A stretch of DNA of 64,000 nt from an uncultured Acidobacteriaceae bacterium (GTDB lineage: Bacteria > Acidobacteriota > Terriglobia > Terriglobales > Acidobacteriaceae). Shown piece after piece: positions 37,695 to 46,067 of this stretch (positions within the stretch are counted from its first letter, which is position 1; every line of letters starts with the position of its first letter). The DNA lies in NCBI GenBank assembly GCA_963724855.1, contig CAVRWH010000008.1, positions 1,360-65,359 on the forward strand, given 5' to 3'. The notes beneath the pieces are model-generated. The model had not been told where the DNA came from, made no database searches, and was given only the letters and a program-made list of their open reading frames with translations. The position numbers and the translations under genes are program-made.

Positions 37695-38738
37695 TTACGC
37701 CTCCCAGGGCAGCGTGCGGCGCTCGCGGCTGCTCTCGTGGGCCAACTCCAGGGCACGCATCACCCGTAGGGATTGCTGTGGCGTCACCGCCAGCGGAGCC
37801 GTGCCGGAGATGGCATCTCGGACGTTGGCATAATACTGGCGATAGTCGCCGGCGGCGGTCGGCCACCTCTCCTGGGCAAGGGTGTCGCCCTGTGCCCGCA
37901 GGAGCGTTCCCCAGCGTTCAGGAGCCTCGTGGCCCCAGAAGTCGCCAGAAGGCCGCTCTCCGCGCTTCAGGGCGTCTTCCTGAGGGTCCAGGCCGTACTT
38001 TAGATATCCGCCCCGCGTGCCGTGGACGATAAATCTCGGGGTTTGCGTGCTGACCAGCACTCCCGCACGCAGCAGGGCGCGGGTACCGCGATAATGCAGC
38101 ACCACGTCGAAGGCGTCGTCCACAGTTGCGCCGTCGCGTTCGCAGCGGATGTCCGCGGTGATGGCCTCGGGTTCGCCGAACAGAACCATCGCCTGATCGA
38201 TGAGGTGAGGGCCGAGATCGAACAGTACGCCGCTGCCGGGCTCGGGGCGCTCACGCCAGGCGTTCTGCTTGAGTTGCGGACGGAAGCGGTCGAAGTGAGA
38301 CTCGAAGAGTACGACCCGGCCGAACGCTCCGTCGGCCATCAGTCGTTGCAAGGTTTGAAAGTCGCCGTCCCAGCGGCGGTTCTGGTAAACGGAGAGCAGC
38401 CGGACCTTCTTTTCGGCAAGCCCAACAAGTTCTGCCGCTTCGGCATAGGTTGGGACGAATGGTTTGTCGATGACGATGTCGCGTCCGGCAAGCAAGCACC
38501 GCTTGGCGAACTCGTAGTGCGAGGTGTTGGGGGTTGCGATGACCACCAGGCGGATGCTCTCGATGGCGAGCAAGTCGTCGAGCGTGCGCACGATGCGAGC
38601 GGTCGGATACGCTTGTGCGGCCTCGTCGCCATTGCGCTGCAGGATGGCGGCCAGGCGCAGACCTTCGACAGCCGAGATTACGGGCGCGTGGAAGGTGCGC
38701 CCGGCAAAGCCGAAACCGATGAGTCCGACGTCAATCAT
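37695..38738 (-). CDS. Gfo/Idh/MocA-family NAD(P)-dependent oxidoreductase
   Basis: N-terminal Rossmann motif MIDVGLIGFGFAGRTFHAP and EKP-type motif (VIDKPF), with a C-terminal alpha/beta domain. No signal peptide. Confidence 0.85.
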   Translation of the reverse strand: MIDVGLIGFGFAGRTFHAPVISAVEGLRLAAILQRNGDEAAQAYPTARIVRTLDDLLAIESIRLVVIATPNTSHYEFAKRCLLAGRDIVIDKPFVPTYAEAAELVGLAEKKVRLLSVYQNRRWDGDFQTLQRLMADGAFGRVVLFESHFDRFRPQLKQNAWRERPEPGSGVLFDLGPHLIDQAMVLFGEPEAITADIRCERDGATVDDAFDVVLHYRGTRALLRAGVLVSTQTPRFIVHGTRGGYLKYGLDPQEDALKRGERPSGDFWGHEAPERWGTLLRAQGDTLAQERWPTAAGDYRQYYANVRDAISGTAPLAVTPQQSLRVMRALELAHESSRERRTLPWEA

Positions 38739-38874
38739 TGCGGCGTACCGCCTTGGCAGGAAGATTCGGAATCAGTTTACTCGAGGCGGTCCTGCGTTGC
38801 GCTCCACTCTGTTCGGGCTTGATACCATGGGCATTCCGGTTTTCTGATCTCATCGCTTACTGAGGAGACACTCC

Positions 38875-39984
38875 ATGACCCGCCGGTTCGTCGTTTCAGT
38901 AGTCGTGCTGTTGACTTCGCTCCTGCTCGCGGCGGAAAGCGATTCGCCTGCCTTCAGGCGCGTCCAGCACCTGCGTCACGGCATCAATGCCGGCGAGTGG
39001 CTGGCGCAATCACACGACTACAGCCCGCAGCGGCTGCGGACCTTCACTACGCTCGACGACATTGCACTGATGCATGCCATGGGATTCGACCACGTACGGT
39101 TGAGCATCGATCCGGCGATCTTTCAGTGCGAAGGCGAGTTCAGCCAGTGTGAGCGGGTGCAAGTGCTCGACGAGGTGGTGGCGAAAGCGCTGTCGGTGGA
39201 CTTGGCAGTGATTCTCGATATCCACCCCAGCGACGAGTACAAGCGGCAGCTGTCGTCCAGCGACGCGGCGGCACAGAAGTTCACGCAGATGTGGAGCCGT
39301 GTTGCTTCGTACTACGCGAAGCAGAATCCGGAGATGGTGTTCTTCGAGATACTCAATGAGCCGGAGGTCGGAGGGTATCGCTGGGCCGGCCTGCAGCAGA
39401 GCGTGGTGGAAGTCATTCGCCGCGCCGCCCCGCAGCACACTATCGTCGTCACCTGTGGTGAGTACTCAAACCCGGACGACCTGGTGCGCATGCCCGAGGT
39501 CGCCGACAGCAACTACATCGTGAACTTTCACTTCTACTCGCCGCACGTCTTCACGCATCAGGGCGCGTCGTGGGGCGAAGCCTACTGGATCACCCTGCGG
39601 CAGGTGCCGTTTCCGGGAACTCCCGACCTGGTGGCCGGGGCGGTGGCCAAACAAAGCGACGACTGGGCGCGCTGGAAGTTGACGCAGTATGGCCTGGAAC
39701 ATTGGGATGCCGAACACATCGCGGGCGAGATCGGGTTTCTAGCGGCATGGGGGAAGGCGCATCATGTACCGCTTACGTGCAACGAGTTTGGCGTGTACCG
39801 CAACTACTCGAACCCCGACGACCGAATGCGGTGGCTGACCGCGACGCGCACCGCGCTGGAGCAGAACGGCATTGGCTGGGCCATGTGGGATTACCAGGGC
39901 GGGTTCGGCGTGGTGTACAAGAAAGACGGCGCGACCACGCAGGATGACGCGGTGCTGCGAGCGTTGGGGTTGCGTTCGAACTGA
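38875..39984 (+). CDS. glycoside hydrolase family 5 (cellulase-like), exported
   Basis: Signal peptide. Acid/base motif FFEILNEPE. Nucleophile region LTCNEFGV. HxRL motif (FDHVRLSID) typical of GH5 (beta/alpha)8 barrels. Confidence 0.85.
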   Translation: MTRRFVVSVVVLLTSLLLAAESDSPAFRRVQHLRHGINAGEWLAQSHDYSPQRLRTFTTLDDIALMHAMGFDHVRLSIDPAIFQCEGEFSQCERVQVLDEVVAKALSVDLAVILDIHPSDEYKRQLSSSDAAAQKFTQMWSRVASYYAKQNPEMVFFEILNEPEVGGYRWAGLQQSVVEVIRRAAPQHTIVVTCGEYSNPDDLVRMPEVADSNYIVNFHFYSPHVFTHQGASWGEAYWITLRQVPFPGTPDLVAGAVAKQSDDWARWKLTQYGLEHWDAEHIAGEIGFLAAWGKAHHVPLTCNEFGVYRNYSNPDDRMRWLTATRTALEQNGIGWAMWDYQGGFGVVYKKDGATTQDDAVLRALGLRSN

Positions 39985-40086
39985 CGACTCTGCTGGCTGC
40001 GGAAAGCGGCACATTGTATTCTCAGACCGTGGCGAGTCCCATGAAATCAGGGCGCACACCGACCGCCGGGCCTGCTGTTCGGCCTG

Positions 40087-41367
40087 GTGGTGACGCTGGC
40101 TGCCGTGGTGGCTTACACCGGGTACATCACCTACCAGATCAAGGGACTGCGCGAGCTGCAAAGCAACATCATTGACCGCAACCGTAAAGATTCGCTGCAA
40201 CTGTTGCGCATCCAGAACGACCTGAATTCGCTGGGCATTGCCATGCGCGACATGCTCGATGCCACCGAGCCGTATCCGATCAGCGCATGGGCGGCACAGT
40301 TCCAGCGCATCCGTCAGGACCTGGGCGACTCCATGCGGAAAGAAGCGGACCTGTCGGTCGCCTACCGCACAGCCGAGCAGCGGCATTACATGGAGGAATC
40401 GCTGGCGCAGTTCTGGGGCGCGGCCGACCACATGTTCGCGCTGGCATCGGCGGGCAACGAGGATGAGGCCCGTCGCCAGATTCGGGTGTCGCTGCAGGCG
40501 CATCAGGCGGCGTTGAGCATCGCGGTGTCGCGGCAACTTGTGGCGAACAACGAAGCCGAGCAACAGGCGGGTGAGCGCATCCAGGAAATCTACTTCCGCG
40601 TGCAGAGGCAGGTGCTGCTGTTTCTGCTGGCTACGCTGGTGCCAATCGTGCTGACCAGCTTGTACCTCATCCGCTCGAACCGGCTGTTGTTTCAGCGCTT
40701 GTCAGATTTGTCGGAGCAGCGCAGCGACCTGGCGCAGAAGCTGATTGCCACGCAAGAGTCAACGTTGCTGCATATCTCGCGCGAGTTGCACGACGAGTTC
40801 GGGCAGATCCTCACGGCGCTGGGTTCGATGCTGCGGCGCGCCGGACGTCAGGCGCCCGAAGGATCGCCCTTGCGAGCAGACCTGGTGGAAGTCTCCGAAA
40901 TCGCGCAGTCGGCGCTCGACAAGGTGCGCAGCCTGTCGCAGGCGCTGCATCCGGTCACGCTGGAAGAGGCCGGGTTGGAGAGTACAGTGGACTGGTACTT
41001 GCCCGTGGTGGAACGCCAGAATGCGATCGTCATCCACTACAGCAAAACCGGCACGCCGTTTCCCGTGGAAAGCCGCGCGGGGATACACGTTTATCGCATC
41101 CTGCAGGAGGCGCTGAACAACGCCAATCGGCATTCGGGCACGAAAGAACTCTGGGTGCGGCTGCGGTTTCTGGAGCACGCGCTGGAGCTGGATGTGGAAG
41201 ATCACGGCAGCGGGTTCCATCCCAACGGACGGCGCGGCATCGGCCTGGTGGCCATGCGGGAGCGGGCGGAGTTGGTGGGCGGTATGCTGGAGTTTCTGCA
41301 TCCCCAGGGTGGAGGCACGCTGGTGCGGTTGTCGGTACCAAGGGAAGTGGCCGAAGTCGGAGTTTAG
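40087..41367 (+). CDS. sensor histidine kinase, HisKA_3 (NarX/LiaS-type); start uncertain
   Basis: H-box ISRELHDEFGQILTAL. HATPase (LQEALNNANRHSG, DHGSGF, GIGLVAMRERA). The supplied ORF starts at GTG 40087, in the middle of a TM helix. ATG 40041 (MKSGRTPTAG) is one frame off, so a single indel near 40068-40072 would give MKSGRTPTAGLLFGLVVTLAAVV... Confidence 0.85.
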   Translation: MVTLAAVVAYTGYITYQIKGLRELQSNIIDRNRKDSLQLLRIQNDLNSLGIAMRDMLDATEPYPISAWAAQFQRIRQDLGDSMRKEADLSVAYRTAEQRHYMEESLAQFWGAADHMFALASAGNEDEARRQIRVSLQAHQAALSIAVSRQLVANNEAEQQAGERIQEIYFRVQRQVLLFLLATLVPIVLTSLYLIRSNRLLFQRLSDLSEQRSDLAQKLIATQESTLLHISRELHDEFGQILTALGSMLRRAGRQAPEGSPLRADLVEVSEIAQSALDKVRSLSQALHPVTLEEAGLESTVDWYLPVVERQNAIVIHYSKTGTPFPVESRAGIHVYRILQEALNNANRHSGTKELWVRLRFLEHALELDVEDHGSGFHPNGRRGIGLVAMRERAELVGGMLEFLHPQGGGTLVRLSVPREVAEVGV

Positions 41368-41373
41368 GAGCAC

Positions 41374-42003
41374 ATGGCAGATAAAATCTCAGTCCTGCTG
41401 GTGGACGATCACGCGCTGGTGCGCCGCGGCTTTCGCCGAATTCTCGAAGACGAGGAAGACATCGTCGTCAAAGGCGAAGCCAGCGATGGCGACGAAGCGG
41501 TCCGCATGGCGAATCACCTAAAGCCTGACGTGATCGTTATGGATTGCGCGTTGCCGGGCAGTAACGGATTGGTGGCGACGCGCAAAATTCTTGAGCACAA
41601 CCCCAAGGCCTTGATTCTGATGCTGAGCATGCACTCGGAGGACACCTGGGTGCGGCAGTCGCTGGACGCTGGCGCTCGCGGCTACATGCTGAAGAATGCG
41701 CTCGACCAGGAGCTGGTCGATGCCATCCGCCGCATCGTGGCTGGGGAAGAAGTGCTCGACCCGCAGATTGCGCGGCGCACCAACCTCAAGGGAGAGCGGG
41801 AGACGGGGCTGACCGTGCGCGAGCTCGAGGTCTTGCAGCTCATCGTTGGCGGCCTCTCAAACAAGGAAATCGCCAGCCAGCTCAATCTCAGCGCCAATAC
41901 AGTTGCAGTGCACCGAGCCAATATCATGGACGCGCTGGGCATTCACAAAACGGCCGAATTGGTGGTTTACGCCATTCGCAACGGGTTGGTAAACATCCCC
42001 TGA
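41374..42003 (+). CDS. NarL/FixJ-family response regulator (REC + LuxR-type HTH)
   Basis: VLLVDDHALVR ... DVIVMDCALPGSNG ... receiver. C-terminal LTVRELEVLQLIVGGLSNKEIASQLNLSANTVAVHRANIM. AGGAG lies upstream, and the gene starts 6 bp after the kinase gene. Confidence 0.95.
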   Translation: MADKISVLLVDDHALVRRGFRRILEDEEDIVVKGEASDGDEAVRMANHLKPDVIVMDCALPGSNGLVATRKILEHNPKALILMLSMHSEDTWVRQSLDAGARGYMLKNALDQELVDAIRRIVAGEEVLDPQIARRTNLKGERETGLTVRELEVLQLIVGGLSNKEIASQLNLSANTVAVHRANIMDALGIHKTAELVVYAIRNGLVNIP

Positions 42004-42313
42004 TTCATCGAAAGATTCTTGCAGGCATTAGTATTTTTCGGCTATTGTGCCCACTCGACAGCGAGGCTAGCCTGATATTGCAAGGTTGAAGTGGCCTTGC
42101 ACTTATCTGGAGCAGGTTACCGTGAGTAGTGGTCCCACCCCACGAGAAGCGGCAATTTGCTCCACATTTTTTGCCTGCAAATAAACCTTTCATTTGGGAA
42201 GGAATACCGCCTGCAACTGGTTTGCGAGCCAATTGGAAGAGTCACCGCCTCTCCGGCAGCCAGTGAATTATAATCCCGGTTACCAACGAGTTAACCTCGT
42301 CGGACACTCTCTC

Positions 42314-43201
42314 ATGCGAATTCGCTGCCTGTTGTTTTTGCTTGCGGTTTCGGTTCTGTGCTCGGGACAGTCCACTCCCCAGAGGCCACAGGTCACCGGT
42401 ATCTCTCATGTGGCGTTCTACAGCAGCAACCTTGAAGCCGCCAAGAAGTTCTATGGCGAGCTTCTCGGCCTCGCGGTCGAGCCGCCCCGGCTGAACAACT
42501 ATCACGTCGGAGTGCAATCGGTGGAGCTGGAACCGCTGCCCGCCGGGCACGGGCACGACCTGATTTCTCACGTCGCCTTTGCTACTCCTGATGCAGAAGG
42601 CATGCGGAAGTATCTCGCCTCCCATGGCGTCACCGTGCCGGGCAAGGTCAACACCGAGAGCAGCGGCACAGTCTGGTTCGCGCTGAAAGATCCCGAGGGC
42701 AATCCCATCGAGTTCGTGCAAGAGCACCCCGAGCTCGCGGGCCGCCACGCCGAGGTCCCAGTGTCGAAGGTCATGATTCACGCCGGCTTTGTGGTGCATA
42801 ACCAGGCCGCCGAAGATAAGTTCTACAAAGACATGCTGGGTTTCCACGTGTACTGGCACGGCGGCATGAAAGATGACCAGACTGACTGGGTTGACATGCA
42901 GGTTCCTGACGGTACGCAGTGGCTGGAGTACATGCTAGTGCGTCCGGGAGAAGAGCTGTCACCGCGCACGCTCGGGGTGCTGAACCATATAGCGCTGGGC
43001 GTCACTTCGATGAGCGACGCCGCGCAAATCCTGCGTTCTCGCGGCTGGACGCCCAGCGAAAACGAAAAGGAGCAGATCGGCAAGGACGGCAAGTGGCAGT
43101 TGAACCTGTACGATCCCGACGGCACGCGCGTCGAGCTGATGGAGTTTACGCCGGTGCAACAGCCGTGCTGTTCGCCGTATACCGGTCCGCACCCGCATTA
43201 A
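42314..43201 (+). CDS. VOC-family (glyoxalase/bleomycin-resistance/dioxygenase fold) protein, two tandem modules, exported
   Basis: Signal peptide MRIRCLLFLLAVSVLCSG. Two beta-alpha-beta-beta-beta modules (GISHVAFYSSNLEAAKKFYGELLG... and IHAGFVVHNQAAEDKFYKDMLGF...NHIALGV). ATG 42314 is preferred over the ORF start at 42194. Confidence 0.7.
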   Translation: MRIRCLLFLLAVSVLCSGQSTPQRPQVTGISHVAFYSSNLEAAKKFYGELLGLAVEPPRLNNYHVGVQSVELEPLPAGHGHDLISHVAFATPDAEGMRKYLASHGVTVPGKVNTESSGTVWFALKDPEGNPIEFVQEHPELAGRHAEVPVSKVMIHAGFVVHNQAAEDKFYKDMLGFHVYWHGGMKDDQTDWVDMQVPDGTQWLEYMLVRPGEELSPRTLGVLNHIALGVTSMSDAAQILRSRGWTPSENEKEQIGKDGKWQLNLYDPDGTRVELMEFTPVQQPCCSPYTGPHPH

Positions 43202-43235
43202 TCGCAAGATCATTTCGCAGTACGAGAGGAGCTCC

Positions 43236-44096
43236 ATGATTACAAGACGTGACTTCCTGCAGTACTCTGCCGCTGGACTGGGCACGCTGGCACTCTCTGA
43301 CCTGGCTTTTGCCGCGCTCAAGCCATTCCCGGTGGGTGTGCAGCTTTACACCGTCCGCGACCTGGCAGAGACCGACCTGGGCGCGACGCTCGCCCACATC
43401 GCTATGATTGGCTACAACGAAGTCGAGACCTACTGGAACGTGTACGCCCATCCCGCCAAGAAGCTGCGCAGCATGATCGTCGACAACGGGTTGAGCGTTC
43501 CCAGCGGCCACTTCGACTACGACGGACTGGCGTCGAAACTCGACTACGCCAAAGAGCTCGGCGTGCAATACATGATTTGCCCCATGCTTCCCAAAGACAT
43601 GTGGACGTCAGCGGACGGCTTCAAGAAAGCTGCAGCTCAGTTCAACAAGTGGGGCGAGCAGGTGAAGAGCATGGGTATGCAGTTCGGCTTCCACAATCAC
43701 AACTACGAATTCCAGAAGTTCGGAAACACGACGGGATTCGACATCCTGACTTCGTCCACCGATCCGAAGCTGGTCTGCCTCGAGATGGACTGCTACTGGA
43801 TTACGCAGGCGGGGCAGGACCCGGTCGCCATGCTGAAGAAGTTCGGCAGCCGTATCCAGTTGCTCCACTTGAAGGACCGCAGCGCCGGCTTCCCGACCTC
43901 GCAGATGTTAGGCCCCGAGGCCGAGCACATCACCGAGGTCGGCAGTGGCACAATCGACTGGAAGGCCGTGCTGGAGACGGCGGAACAAACGGGCGTACAC
44001 CACTACTTCGTGGAGCGCGATAACGGCACCACCCCGGCATTTGAGAGCCTGCGCATCAGTTACCAGTACCTGAGCGACCTGGTGCACAAGCAGTAA
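43236..44096 (+). CDS. xylose-isomerase-like TIM-barrel protein (sugar phosphate isomerase/epimerase family) with Tat signal
   Basis: Twin-arginine signal MITRRDFLQYSAAGLGTLALSDLAFA. AP_endonuc_2-type barrel motifs (GYNEVE, FGFHNHNYEF, LHLKD, YFVERD). Confidence 0.8.
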   Translation: MITRRDFLQYSAAGLGTLALSDLAFAALKPFPVGVQLYTVRDLAETDLGATLAHIAMIGYNEVETYWNVYAHPAKKLRSMIVDNGLSVPSGHFDYDGLASKLDYAKELGVQYMICPMLPKDMWTSADGFKKAAAQFNKWGEQVKSMGMQFGFHNHNYEFQKFGNTTGFDILTSSTDPKLVCLEMDCYWITQAGQDPVAMLKKFGSRIQLLHLKDRSAGFPTSQMLGPEAEHITEVGSGTIDWKAVLETAEQTGVHHYFVERDNGTTPAFESLRISYQYLSDLVHKQ

Positions 44097-44210
44097 GGCG
44101 ATGGACATCATAATCTTGAACCGGAGTGACCTCTGTCGCGCCAATCAATAACCTTTCGTGTTCGGCTGCTTGCGGACTCCACTCCGCGAACAGCAATTCG
44201 GGAAAATCGA

Positions 44211-46062
44211 GTGACGCTGTTGCCCCATCACCGCCTCTTCCCCTGCGTTCTAGTTCTCGTAGGCGCGCTGCTGTTTCCTGCCATCGCAACTGCCAGCGAC
44301 AAGCCAACGCTTCTCGTTGGCGCGGACCGCCGCCCGGCCATCAGCCTCGACGGCGATTGGCACTTCATCGTCGACCCGTACAACAACGGGTATTACGACT
44401 TTCGCATGCAGCCGCGAAACGATGGCTACTTCCTGAATGAGAAGCCCGATGCCAGCGGCAAGCTGGTGGAGTACGACTTTTCCAAGTCACCCACGCTCAA
44501 GGTCCCGGGAGATTGGAATTCGCAGCGCGACTCGCTGTTCTTCTACGAAGGCGCGGTCTGGTATGAAAAGGATTTTCAATACCAGACCAAGCCGCATGTC
44601 CGCACATTTCTGCACATCGGCGCGGCCAACTATATCTCGCACGCGTGGGTGAACGGGAAGAAGGCGTGCGATCACGAAGGCGGCTTCACGCCGTTCGACT
44701 GCGAAGTCACCAAGCTGCTTCACGATGGCAGCAACTTCGTCGTCATCTACGTGAACAACCAGCGCACCCGCGACGGCGCTCCCACGCTCAACACCGACTG
44801 GTGGAACTATGGCGGGCTGACGCGCGATGTTTCGCTCATCGAATTGCCGGAAGCCTTCATTGACGACTACTCGTTGCAGTTGCAGACCAGCAAGATTCCG
44901 ACGATCACGTTTTCGGCGCACGTCGAGGGCGCGGGGGCGCACGCTCCCGTTACGGTGCGCATCCCCGAGTTGCGGCTGTCGCTGACCACTTCTACCGATG
45001 CGCAAGGACGCGCTTCGCTGGACATCGCCGCTCCCGGCCTGCAGCTTTGGTCGCCGCAGAATCCCAAGCTCTACGAGGTCGAAATGGTCGCCGGTGGCGA
45101 TCATCTGACAGAACAGGTCGGCTTCCGCACGATCGAGGTGAAGGGCGACAACATCCTGCTCAACGGGAAGTCCGTTTTCCTGCGCGGTGTGTCGATTCAT
45201 GCCGAAGCGCCCTATCGATCCGGCCGCGCCTGGAGCGAGCAGGACGCGGAGACTCTGCTGGGCTGGGCGAAAGAACTGGGCTGCAACTATGTGCGGCTGG
45301 CGCACTATCCGCACGACGAGCGTATGACCCGCCTGGCGGACCGCATGGGAATCATGGTGTGGTCCGAGGTGCCGGTGTACTGGATGATCGAGTGGGACAA
45401 TCCAGTGACGCTGGCGAACGCAACGAACCAACTGCGAGAGATGATTCGCCGCGACCGCAACAAGGCTTCGGTCGTAGTGTGGTCGGTGGCCAACGAAACG
45501 CCGAACACTCCCGCGCGCCTCACATTCCTCCGGAGCCTGGTCGACACGGCGCACAGCGAAGACCCCAGCCGTCCGGTCACGGCGGCACTGCTGGTCACGA
45601 CCTCGCCGAATGCACCCGATGGCACCCGGACCAAGGTCCTTGACGATCCCTTGGGTCAGTATCTCGATGTGCTGGGATGTAACGAGTACATCGGCTGGTA
45701 CGAAGGGGCGCCCGAGCAGGCCGGCCGCACGCGGTGGCAATCGAAATACGACAAGCCGCTCATCATGAGCGAACTCGGGGGCGGCGCGAAGGCCGGACTG
45801 CACGGCGCGTCCACGGAGCGATGGACCGAGGAATACCAGGAAGCGGTCTACCGCCAGCAGGTTGCGATGCTCAAGCAGATTCCGTTTCTGCGCGGTCTGA
45901 GCCCGTGGATCCTGATGGACTTCCGCTCGCCGCGGCGCACACTCGTCGGGCGTTCAGGACTACTACAACCGCAAGGGCCTCATCTCCAACGACGGCCAGA
46001 AGAAGAAGGCCTTCTTCGTGCTGCAGGAGTATTACAACAGCCTCGCTGCATCCGAGAAATAA
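44211..46062 (+). pseudogene. glycoside hydrolase family 2 (beta-glucuronidase/beta-galactosidase-like), exported; one apparent frameshift near 45945-45951
   Basis: Sugar-binding domain WVNGKKACDHEGGFTPFDCEVT. TIM barrel NYVRLAHYPHDERMTRLADRMGIMVWSEVP. Acid/base motif WSVANE. After ..DFRSPRRTL, frame +1 gives VQDYYNRKGLISNDGQKKKAFFVLQEYYNSLAASEK*, with stop at 46060-46062, 5 bp from the convergent gene. The start is GTG. Confidence 0.85.
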
Positions 46063-46067
46063 TTCCG

